This document shows positions 18,958 to 26,886 of a stretch of DNA of 64,000 bases, piece after piece. Position numbers and translations under genes: made by a program. Origin of the DNA: Candidatus Bruticola sp. (GTDB taxonomy: Bacteria; Vulcanimicrobiota; Xenobia; Xenobiales; Xenobiaceae); NCBI GenBank assembly GCA_051874735.1, contig JBJEGD010000026.1:91452-155451 (forward strand), read 5' to 3'. The notes under the pieces were generated by a model that was given only the letters and a program-made list of their open reading frames with translations, was not told the origin of the DNA and searched no databases. The stretch's first letter is position 1, and every line of letters starts with the position of its first letter.

Positions 18958-21507
18958 TTATAACTCCGATAGGGGAGTATGTAGCAGTCGGCTGTAATAA
19001 CTGATGATTTTTTTAGTCTGTTCTCGATTTTCATTTAAAAGTTCTATACGGAAGGAAACTACTCCGGATCTGCCCAGCATAGGTAGTAGTTTTTGCCTCT
19101 GTTTGGGAGTCTGATCGAAGATTGTATTGCGGCAGTAGCAGTCTGTGCGCACTAAATGTGAATATTGCATACGATCTATTATATAAAGATCTTTTTTCAG
19201 GCAAGGTTGGCCGCAGCTTTTAGAGTCTGAGCCTGAACTAAGCAAGTTGGCGTAAAGACAATGACGGGAGTGAAAAACTGGTAAATGTCTATATAGGGTA
19301 AATACTAAACGCTCTGTGGGTGACATAGATGGGGGATAATTGGAGGCTAATTTTTTTAGGCCACCGAGCAAAACTGTCAGCTTTTGTTCGTCTAGATCGT
19401 CGCATGGTGTCAAAGTGTCTAGGCCTAGTCTGAGTAAAGTATCAAAAGTTAAAGAATTAACTGCATTAAATGAAAAATCGCCGTGCAGAGCGGGAATTTT
19501 TTTGCCCTGGAGCCGCAAGTTTATACAATATTGCAGACTGCCTAAATTTCGCAGGAGCAAAGCCTCTGGATTAAATTTTAACAGCTTATCTAGAATTGAA
19601 ATTTCACCTTGTTTTTGAATGCGTGGAGCAGCTAAGCACAAGGGCAGAGCAGAAGAAGTAGAACGAATAGCTTGGATCATTAATTCAAGTTTTTCGGGGC
19701 GGAAAGCTTCCAATTCCAGAGAAGTGCATCCCATTTCTAGTGCTGTTTCTGTTTGTTCTAAGGTGCGGCACAGCACATTTAAGCAATTTTTAGTTTGAAT
19801 TGCTTGGCGTCCCTGCGGATCGGGTAGAATAAAAGAAGAACGGTTATCTGCTTGAGGTAGCGTATTTTTTTTCTGCTTCAGATACTCAATTATAGAAGCA
19901 GTCAAAGTGCGGCGCATTGGTTTTAATTCTGATAAAGGTAGGAACAGTCCCGGAGCCAAAGACTCTGCCTGGACATTTTCCAAATGCAAGGGGGTATTGC
20001 TGAGGTCTGCAAATTTTTCAGCTATGGAAGTTGCTGTTAAAGCGTTTTTTTGGGCTTTGCTTAATATATTGTGGCTGCATACTGTAAATTCTTGTTCTAT
20101 TCCACTTACTGAGGCTCTGATCTGTAAGGGGTTGTTTAAAGAACCGCTAATAGTCAAATTTAAAGACAGTCTGCCCCGGCGCGGTTCATGCATAGATTGA
20201 CTGATGCGTTTGACCGTCGCAGGGGAGCTAGTAACGTAAACTAAATCGCCAATATGTACTTTAGATAGATCGGGACCTGGTTTGCTGAAGCCTAGAATAG
20301 CTTCTCCTGCATGGGATGAACAAGAGAAAATCGGTCCCCCTTGTACTTCTTCTGCTGAATTTTTTTTAGCTAGATCGGAAAGAAATAGCACGCCCATGCC
20401 GTTTTGCAGTATTATGGGGGCTGCTTCTATAGATCGTCGATCGCGCTCGCATGATGACAATTTTACTCTTATTTTGTAGCCGTTTTTAGCTATTACAGTA
20501 CCTAGCAGTTGCCCTCTGTGTTTAGGATATCCTTTTTGGGTGAAAGTTTGATGATTTACTGAACTTAAGAAGCCAGGAGTAAATCCTCGGGAAAATGTAA
20601 CATTTAAATCACTTATGTTGCGGCGAAGTTCCAATATTTGGGCCTCTTCCGGATTGCGGAAGTTCCCTGCCGTATCAAAGTGAGCATCGACCCATGAGCG
20701 CATTGTTTTTACGGCCATGTAAACATAGGCAGCTCCCTTCAGTCTCCCTTCTATTTTAAGCGAACTTACCTGAGCTTTAATCAGCTCGTTTACTTTATTA
20801 AAACCTGCTAAATCACAGGGACTGAGCAAATGAGAGGGGGCAGAAAGTTTGATGAGACCAGAGCTAAAATCGAGTTTTTGTCCATGTGGCAGAGCTGCCC
20901 AACGAAAAGGTAGGCGGCAGGGCTGAGCACATTGTCCTCTATTAGCTGAACGTCCGCCCCAAGTTAAACTGGCTAAACATTGGCCGCTGAAGGAGACGCA
21001 TAAAGCTCCTAGGGCAAATACTTCTAATTCGCAGTCAGTATCTTTTTTTATAGAAGCTATATCGTTTGAACTAAGCTCTCTGGCGACAACAACCCTTTGA
21101 AATCCCAGATTTTTAGCTAAAGAAACTCCGCAGCTGTCGCTTATAGTCATTTGAGTGCTGGCATGGAGACGCACTGAAGGGGCCAGTTGACTAGCTAGTC
21201 GAGCCACTCCTAAATCTTGAACGATTAGGGCATCTACTTGGCATTTTTCAATTTCACGCAGAATATTTTCCAGTTTAGACAGCTCATCTTCAAATACTAG
21301 AGTGTTTAAAGTTATATAAGCTTTAGCTCCGGAATGGTGAATTTCATCTATAGTTTGTTGTAGTGTGGAAAGAGTAAAGTTTTGGGCTCTGGCTCTGGCA
21401 TTAAAACCTTCAGAAAGACCAAAATAAACTGCGTCTGCCCCAGCCTGTAAGGCTGCCTGCAAAACTTGATAATCGCCCACAGGGGCTAAAACTTCTGGCT
21501 TGAACAT
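18958..21507 (-). CDS. U32-family peptidase-like protein (long form, 849 aa)
   Basis: The N-terminus MFKPEVLAPVGDYQVLQAALQAGADAVYFGL and the E..SRELS-type core are typical of U32. It carries a long C-terminal extension. Confidence 0.85.
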   Translation of the reverse strand: MFKPEVLAPVGDYQVLQAALQAGADAVYFGLSEGFNARARAQNFTLSTLQQTIDEIHHSGAKAYITLNTLVFEDELSKLENILREIEKCQVDALIVQDLGVARLASQLAPSVRLHASTQMTISDSCGVSLAKNLGFQRVVVARELSSNDIASIKKDTDCELEVFALGALCVSFSGQCLASLTWGGRSANRGQCAQPCRLPFRWAALPHGQKLDFSSGLIKLSAPSHLLSPCDLAGFNKVNELIKAQVSSLKIEGRLKGAAYVYMAVKTMRSWVDAHFDTAGNFRNPEEAQILELRRNISDLNVTFSRGFTPGFLSSVNHQTFTQKGYPKHRGQLLGTVIAKNGYKIRVKLSSCERDRRSIEAAPIILQNGMGVLFLSDLAKKNSAEEVQGGPIFSCSSHAGEAILGFSKPGPDLSKVHIGDLVYVTSSPATVKRISQSMHEPRRGRLSLNLTISGSLNNPLQIRASVSGIEQEFTVCSHNILSKAQKNALTATSIAEKFADLSNTPLHLENVQAESLAPGLFLPLSELKPMRRTLTASIIEYLKQKKNTLPQADNRSSFILPDPQGRQAIQTKNCLNVLCRTLEQTETALEMGCTSLELEAFRPEKLELMIQAIRSTSSALPLCLAAPRIQKQGEISILDKLLKFNPEALLLRNLGSLQYCINLRLQGKKIPALHGDFSFNAVNSLTFDTLLRLGLDTLTPCDDLDEQKLTVLLGGLKKLASNYPPSMSPTERLVFTLYRHLPVFHSRHCLYANLLSSGSDSKSCGQPCLKKDLYIIDRMQYSHLVRTDCYCRNTIFDQTPKQRQKLLPMLGRSGVVSFRIELLNENREQTKKIISYYSRLLHTPLSEL

Positions 21508-21542
21508 AAAAATTTTTCCTAAAATTAATGCTGACGAAAATA

Positions 21543-22298
21543 TTAAAACTGAAAAGAATTAGGAGTGCCCTGCCAATTTATTAAAAATGCCTGTAAAGAG
21601 TCTGGATGGAAGTTCAAGGCCAAAGATAAGCACATGTTTGGTATAAAGAAAGAGCTCTTTAAGTACAAGCAGCTAGGGGAGGGAAGAGGGCCTGAGCGAA
21701 CGTTGACGGGGAGTTGGTGCAGAACTTCGAAGCTGTCAAGGCGAGTGCGCAAACCTGTCCCCCACATTTTTAAGCAAGCTTCTTTACGGGTCCATAAATA
21801 GGCAAATTCTTGTCTTTGCTTAAGCTCGTTGCGGTAAGCTGACAAGTGTTGCCATTCCTTTACGCTGAAAAAACGCTCAGCTAGAGCAAGCATCGGATGT
21901 GAAGGAATTTCTTCTAAATCGATGCCTAACTCTACCCTAGCAGCGGTATCGGAAGAGTCTGCTGCTGCTAAAACCGCCCAATTACCTGAATGGCTGAAGT
22001 TAAAAGGAATTCGCTTAGGAAATGAAAGTTGCGGTTTGCCTAATTCTGAAGCTGTAAAGACCAACTTGGCTGCTTCTTTATAAAGTTCAGCTGAGCCTTC
22101 AGTTAAACTTTTGTTCATTATTTGGGCTAAAAAAAAGCGCAGTCCTAAATGGGACAACACAAAGCGGCGCCTGAGATGGGGAAAAATCAGCTTATTGGCA
22201 CGCTGAAGCTCCTCTCGGCTGAGCAGAATATTGCAGCGTGATTCTAGCTCAGCCGGAAAACTGCATAAATTAAAGCAGATTATTTTTACCGTAGTCAA
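21543..22298 (-). CDS. 4'-phosphopantetheinyl transferase (Sfp type)
   Basis: FNFSHSGNWAVLA, GIDLEE and WTRKEACLKMWGTG motifs. TTG start 9 nt after the fabI stop. Confidence 0.8.
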   Translation of the reverse strand: MTTVKIICFNLCSFPAELESRCNILLSREELQRANKLIFPHLRRRFVLSHLGLRFFLAQIMNKSLTEGSAELYKEAAKLVFTASELGKPQLSFPKRIPFNFSHSGNWAVLAAADSSDTAARVELGIDLEEIPSHPMLALAERFFSVKEWQHLSAYRNELKQRQEFAYLWTRKEACLKMWGTGLRTRLDSFEVLHQLPVNVRSGPLPSPSCLYLKSSFFIPNMCLSLALNFHPDSLQAFLINWQGTPNSFQF

Positions 22299-22307
22299 AG
22301 AATTCGT

Positions 22308-23069
22308 TTACATTCCCACTATATTGTAGCCGCAGTCTACGTGCAGAACTTCACCCGTAATAGCCGAAGAGGCTTGGGACAGTAAGAATACAGCACTTTG
22401 ACCTACTTCAGAAGCACTAACGCAACGTTTTAAAGGAGAACGCTCGCTGGTAATATGGAGCATATCAGTAAAACCGTGTATGCCTCTGGCGGAAAGAGTT
22501 TTTATAGCTCCAGCTGAAATAGCATTAACTCTAATATTTTGTGGCCCTAAATCGGCAGCCAAATAGCGCACTGAAGATTCTAAAGCCGACTTAGCTACTC
22601 CCATAACATTGTAATTTTTTACAACTTTCTCTGCCCCAAAGTAACTTAAAGATACAATGCTGCCACCTTCTGTCATCAAAGGAGCTGCTCTGCGGGCTAA
22701 GGCTACTAGTGAGTAGACACTTGTTTCCATGGCTGTGATGAAACCGGCGCGTGAAGTATCAACAAAGCGCCCCATTAAATCTTCGCCTTTGGCAAAGGCT
22801 ACAGAGTGAACTACAAAATCGAGTTTGCCCCATTTACTTTCAATTTCTTGGAAAAGAGCGTCTAAACTATCCTCATTGTTGACGTCGCAGGGTAGGATAT
22901 AATCAGCTTTTAAACTTTCAGCTAAAGGACGCATGCGTTTCTCAATGGCAGCATTGAGATAAGTGAAACCTAACTCTGCTCCCTGTTTAGACGCTGCTTC
23001 GGCAATACCCCAAGCTATGGAATTGGCATTGGCTAAGCCTACTATTAAACCGCGTTTACCTTGCAGCAT
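22308..23069 (-). CDS. fabI: enoyl-ACP reductase (NADH)
   Basis: GKRGLIVGLANANSIAWGIA, SYFGAEKVVKNYNVMGVAKSALE (Tyr/Lys) and INAISAGAIKTLSA. AAGGAG RBS. Confidence 0.9.
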   Translation of the reverse strand: MLQGKRGLIVGLANANSIAWGIAEAASKQGAELGFTYLNAAIEKRMRPLAESLKADYILPCDVNNEDSLDALFQEIESKWGKLDFVVHSVAFAKGEDLMGRFVDTSRAGFITAMETSVYSLVALARRAAPLMTEGGSIVSLSYFGAEKVVKNYNVMGVAKSALESSVRYLAADLGPQNIRVNAISAGAIKTLSARGIHGFTDMLHITSERSPLKRCVSASEVGQSAVFLLSQASSAITGEVLHVDCGYNIVGM

Positions 23070-23196
23070 TTGTTCCTTCTCCTTAAATAAGTTTGGCTTA
23101 CAAATTGTAGCAAAATTTTTTCCTCACCCTTCAATTTTATAATTTGTCTATCCTTCAGATGGACGTTCCTTTTTAGGGTATAGGCCTTTTTCCATA

Positions 23197-23227
23197 ATAA
23201 AAAAAGAGCCCCCCTTCAGGGGAGCTC
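23197..23227 (-). terminator. rho-independent terminator of small-protein gene A
   Basis: gagcccccc ttca ggggagctc, followed on the minus strand by T9. Confidence 0.7.
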
Positions 23228-23253
23228 CCTATTAGTTAGCCGCTAACTACAGA

Positions 23254-23526
23254 CTAGCTGCGAATGTACTCATCCCACTTGCCAAACATCTTGTCCTGGG
23301 TTTTGGCGCGGTTCACAGTTACATCCTGCTGGATCTCGAAGATCTTAGTCTGGGTGTCCTGGAGGATTTTCCAGCGTTCCATCTGCTGCTTCTGAGCATC
23401 GGCCTGCATCTGGGTGTAAATAGTTTGCGCCTGCTGAAGGTCACTGGCAGTCATTTGAGCTGCGGACGCTGCGGCTGCGAAACCGCCACCACCTAAAAAG
23501 TTACTTATACCACCGAAAATACCCAT
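23254..23526 (-). CDS. 90-aa Gly-rich N-terminus / Gln-rich helical protein, paralogue A
   Basis: ATG at 23526 lies 8 nt after GGAGG; the track start at 23541 lies inside the RBS. Residues 17-90 are identical to paralogue B. Confidence 0.75.
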   Translation of the reverse strand: MGIFGGISNFLGGGGFAAAASAAQMTASDLQQAQTIYTQMQADAQKQQMERWKILQDTQTKIFEIQQDVTVNRAKTQDKMFGKWDEYIRS

Positions 23527-23730
23527 TGTACTTACCTCCATAAGGTAAAATTTTTTTTCTTGCCCCTAGTATCACGTGTACAATTAAAAAAGTAAAGACT
23601 TCTTATAGAAAAAATAATTTTTTTATATATTTGATAAAAATATTAAAACAATAGATAAATATCAGATTAAGAAGCAGAAACAGCTAAGTCCACGTCTTTG
23701 CTGATGCCTGGCAAATTTCATTTAAATATA

Positions 23731-23765
23731 AAATGTGCTCCCGTCCTAAGGGCGGGAGCACATTT
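23731..23765. terminator. strong hairpin terminator after paralogue B (T-runs on both strands)
   Basis: aaatgtgctcccg pairs with cgggagcacattt, a 13-bp stem. Confidence 0.75.
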
Positions 23766-23798
23766 TTTCAGTTATTCTTAAACGTTTGAAAGATCAAA

Positions 23799-24071
23799 CT
23801 AACTGCGGATGTACTCATCCCACTTGCCGAACATCTTGTCCTGGGTTTTAGCGCGGTTAACGGTCACATCTTGTTGAATTTCGAAAATCTTAGTCTGGGT
23901 GTCCTGGAGGATTTTCCAGCGTTCCATCTGCTGCTTCTGGGCGTCGGCCTGCATCTGGGTGTAAATAGTCTGGGCTTGCTGAAGATCACTGGCTGTCATT
24001 TGAGCTGCAGACGCTGCGGCAGCATAGCCTCCTCCGCTGAACATACTGGTTAAATTGCTTAGAATACTCAT
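23799..24071 (-). CDS. 90-aa Gly-rich N-terminus / Gln-rich helical protein, paralogue B
   Basis: The ATG lies 10 nt after GGAGG. It has its own terminator. Confidence 0.75.
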   Translation of the reverse strand: MSILSNLTSMFSGGGYAAAASAAQMTASDLQQAQTIYTQMQADAQKQQMERWKILQDTQTKIFEIQQDVTVNRAKTQDKMFGKWDEYIRS

Positions 24072-24204
24072 ATTTTATTTACCTCCATAGGAGAAAAAAA
24101 TTTATTTATTTGATAATATTATCAGCTTATTTTTATCTGTAGTAAATGGATATTTATTTAAGGATAATAAAGCAAAACTAATGAATTCATTAATATAAAC
24201 AAGC

Positions 24205-24247
24205 AAAGAAAAACTGCCCCCAAACTTCGTTAAGGAGAGAGGGCAGT
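24205..24247 (-). terminator. terminator of paralogue C
   Basis: actgccc pairs with gggcagt around a partly paired loop. On the minus strand the stem is followed by ttttcttt. Confidence 0.6.
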
Positions 24248-24328
24248 CTATCTTAGATTTATCCTATATGGTAGAGATAAATTTTACGCTTAAACCTAGA
24301 AGCGATTCTGTCAGTTAGTTCCTTTTGA

Positions 24329-24601
24329 CTAGCTGCGGATGTATTCATCCCATTTACTGAACATTTGGTCCTGGGTTTTAGCGCGGTTAACGGTAACATC
24401 TTGTTGAATTTCGAAAATCTTAGTCTGGGTGTCCTGAAGAATCTGCCAGCGTTCCATCTGCTGTTTCTGGGCGTCAGCCTGCATCTGGGTGTAAATAGTT
24501 TGGGCTTGCTGAAGGTCACTGGCTGTCATTTGAGCTGCAGACGCTGCGGAAGCATAGCCTCCTCCGCTGAACATACTGGTTAAATTGCTAAGAATACTCA
24601 T
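24329..24601 (-). CDS. 90-aa Gly-rich N-terminus / Gln-rich helical protein, paralogue C
   Basis: ATG at 24601 lies 8 nt after GGAGG. It has 4 amino-acid differences from B over the region I aligned (codons 2-75 counting back from the stop). Confidence 0.75.
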   Translation of the reverse strand: MSILSNLTSMFSGGGYASAASAAQMTASDLQQAQTIYTQMQADAQKQQMERWQILQDTQTKIFEIQQDVTVNRAKTQDQMFSKWDEYIRS

Positions 24602-24853
24602 AGTGTTTGCCTCCATTAATAAGAGTTTCAGAGCTTTCTCTTATTGAAATTATCAGGGCAACAAAATAGCGCGTAAATATAGAAAGAATAGAGTTAAATA
24701 AGGTACAAGTTAGAGATAATTAAAAAATTAAAAACAAATTTAAAAAGACTGTTTTTAGTATAAAATCTATAAAAATATTGTAAACAAGAGATTAAATTAA
24801 AGGTTAATAATTTAGTTAAAAAGAGCGTAATTTGAAACTAGTGACCATTATTT

Positions 24854-26269
24854 TCATACATCGTTATTTTTTATTTCAAAACAGGCTAAGCGTCCATCTT
24901 TGCTGATTATATAAAGGTTATTGCCGCCTATAACTAGAGGACAGAAGGGAACGAAAGGAAGCTGATATTCTTTTTTTATACGTCCAGTTTCAGCATCTAA
25001 AACCAGCAGAGCCTTTTGTTCAGTTGCTGCTAAAACATTGCCGTTCCAATATAAAGCTGGAGAGGCCGGCGTTCCCGGTATTTTGCAGCTCCAAAGCAGA
25101 CGGCCGCTTAGAGAAGACAGAGATATTATTCTGCTATCTTTTTTTACTACAAAACAGCGCGGTTTCTTGAAATCGAAACTGGGAGCGCCGATAAAATATC
25201 CTTCAGAATTAACTTGGTAAATGTTATTATTGGGCAGCGATGACTTCCAGATTAACTTAGCGTGCAAATAGTTTTTGCCACTATCTGTAGAATTTAATGC
25301 ATAGCAGAAAACGGTTCCGTCCATGGCTGTAAAATACAGTAAATCTTTGATGAGGCGAACGGGACTGCGGAATTCCATATTACTTTTGCCGATAGTTTGC
25401 TGATAGACTTTTTCTGTATTTTGCAGATCTACGATCCATAATTGGCCGTCTAAAGTAACGGCGCATAATAATTCCTTTTGGTAAGTGCATATAACTGTTG
25501 GGGTGCTAACAAAAAGTTTGTTTTGCAGGCTACCGCATTTGAGCAAATTCCAGTTGGGTTTTGCTCCTTGGTCGTCAACTTGGGTGATTATGCCGTCTCC
25601 GGATAAGCAGACGATACCGTTTTTGCTAAAACAAGGTGAACTATAGGCTAATCTGGGCAAAGAACCCAAATTCAGCCGCAGTAGCTGATTTTTAAAACGT
25701 CTGTATTCAGCTTTGCGTTTTGCGTTGGATAAAGCAGCAGCTATGCCTGTTTCTCCTGTATGTTCAGTTTTTTTCTTATTAAAATCAATCAGATGATCAT
25801 ATGGAAAAGGTAATATCCAAGAATTTACTTCCCCACTAATAGCTTTTAATCTCACAATAGAACAATCTTTAGTAGTCAAAGTGAGGGTATTGTCAGAAAA
25901 AAGAGGTGGAGCTGCTGCAGGGGCTGGTAACTGAAAGTTCCACAATAATAAGCCGCTAGCTGTATCGTAGGAAGATACACGTTTGGTAAACGCAGAGCCT
26001 ACGCAAAGCATCTGGTTATTTACTCGCATCCAGTTAGGAACTGCTTGAAAATTAGCTTCCCAAAGTGGCACAGAGGTTATATAAAATTTACCATAAGCAG
26101 AGTTAATGTTTGGCTTGTCTGCCTTATCACCTTCTGAACTTGCTGATGAAGTTTTAACTGCAGAATCAGGCTCATCTGTAATCGGTGCTGCTTGCAGAGG
26201 AATCTGACATAAGTATAGAGATGCCAGCAGCGGAAATATATGTAAATAACTAGGCTTGGTAAACATCAT
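24854..26269 (-). CDS. PQQ-like beta-propeller repeat protein (BamB-like), secreted
   Basis: Recurrent propeller-like motifs (SGLLLWNFQLP, LSGRLLWSCKIPG, VLDAETGRIKKEYQLP). Starting at Met20 gives a signal peptide (MMFTKPSYLHIFPLLASLYLCQIPLQA). The gene is divergent from bamA. The start is uncertain (26326 or 26269). Confidence 0.6.
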   Translation of the reverse strand: MMFTKPSYLHIFPLLASLYLCQIPLQAAPITDEPDSAVKTSSASSEGDKADKPNINSAYGKFYITSVPLWEANFQAVPNWMRVNNQMLCVGSAFTKRVSSYDTASGLLLWNFQLPAPAAAPPLFSDNTLTLTTKDCSIVRLKAISGEVNSWILPFPYDHLIDFNKKKTEHTGETGIAAALSNAKRKAEYRRFKNQLLRLNLGSLPRLAYSSPCFSKNGIVCLSGDGIITQVDDQGAKPNWNLLKCGSLQNKLFVSTPTVICTYQKELLCAVTLDGQLWIVDLQNTEKVYQQTIGKSNMEFRSPVRLIKDLLYFTAMDGTVFCYALNSTDSGKNYLHAKLIWKSSLPNNNIYQVNSEGYFIGAPSFDFKKPRCFVVKKDSRIISLSSLSGRLLWSCKIPGTPASPALYWNGNVLAATEQKALLVLDAETGRIKKEYQLPFVPFCPLVIGGNNLYIISKDGRLACFEIKNNDV

Positions 26270-26339
26270 CTGCTTGTTGGGTTCTTTCTGTTCCAGCCTG
26301 ATCCTTGCTGAAGGGCAATTTCGCATGTTAACTACTGTA

Positions 26340-26886
26340 GTAAATCAAGACGCAAACTGTATACTCTCTTGTGTTTGTTTTTGAATTTGCTTTAATTTTT
26401 TCTATGAAGGATAGGCCTAGAGGGTAGCGAAAAAGGGCGGGATTTTCTGCAGAGCTGTGCTTTTTAGGGGCTACTCTGCTGTATGCAGCTGCGTCCGCTG
26501 TTTTGAGACAGCAGAGGCAATTTACAAGGAAGCAGGTTCATTTGTCTATCTTCTGGCTGAGCAAGGGGAAGGGTTGTTTGCAGAAAAAATCTGCTTTAGG
26601 CGGGTGGTATAAGGGGGGACATTCACTGCAGAAACGCTGGCGGTGCCGCGACTAAATGCAAACAATGTGCGCGCAGATGATGCACCATAAAATGACAAAC
26701 GGCACAGGCTATAAGATATGGTTAGCGTGTGAAGCTACCCGCTAGTTTTTGTCTCCATTGCAGATACATTTGTTGCGATAGTTGAAAAATATTAAATATA
26801 GAGAATGTTAGTAGGTTTGTGCCTTCAGCGCCGTTAAGCTCCAGCTTGAGGCGGCAGCCGCACTTCGTTTTTATTGGAGGAATTAA
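26340..26886. other. long ORF-poor, relatively GC-rich region upstream of bamA
   Basis: About 550 nt without a credible ORF. Roughly 50% GC between about 26400 and 26720, whereas other spacers are strongly AT-rich. It contains several local hairpins (for example ctctgctgt 26472-26480 with acagcagag 26508-26516). Confidence 0.5.

Noticed and set aside
24259-24519. 86-aa minus-strand ORF overlapping small-protein gene C in another frame, and plus-strand ORFs 23871-24053 and 24365-24583
   Set aside because: The paralogue frame is the one conserved among all three copies, with only synonymous changes. The alternative frames are not conserved.
23254-24616. Possible CRISPR-like or other non-coding repeat array, because of three regularly spaced repeats
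   Set aside because: The repeat units are about 270-bp protein-coding genes with RBS and terminators, spaced about 540 bp apart. This is not a 25-40-bp repeat/spacer architecture, and no cas genes are present.
23254-24616. Double-glycine leader bacteriocin precursors (the N-termini end in GGG/GGGG at residues 13-16)
   Set aside because: The classical leader consensus (LSxxELxxIxGG) is not matched. The putative mature part is a 75-aa polar Gln-rich helix without Cys or a cationic amphipathic character. No C39-peptidase ABC exporter or immunity gene is nearby. I keep it only as a remote possibility.
26340-26886. RNase P RNA, tmRNA, SRP RNA or a riboswitch in the long bamA upstream region, and a 75-codon stop-free stretch (26428-26652) as a gene
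   Set aside because: No hallmark motifs are visible on either strand (for example GGAAAGTCC for RNase P, a tmRNA tRNA-like 3' end, or the SRP GGAAGCAGCC helix 8 context). The open stretch lacks an early start codon and RBS, and its length is within chance expectation at about 50% GC. It is reported only as an unexplained region.
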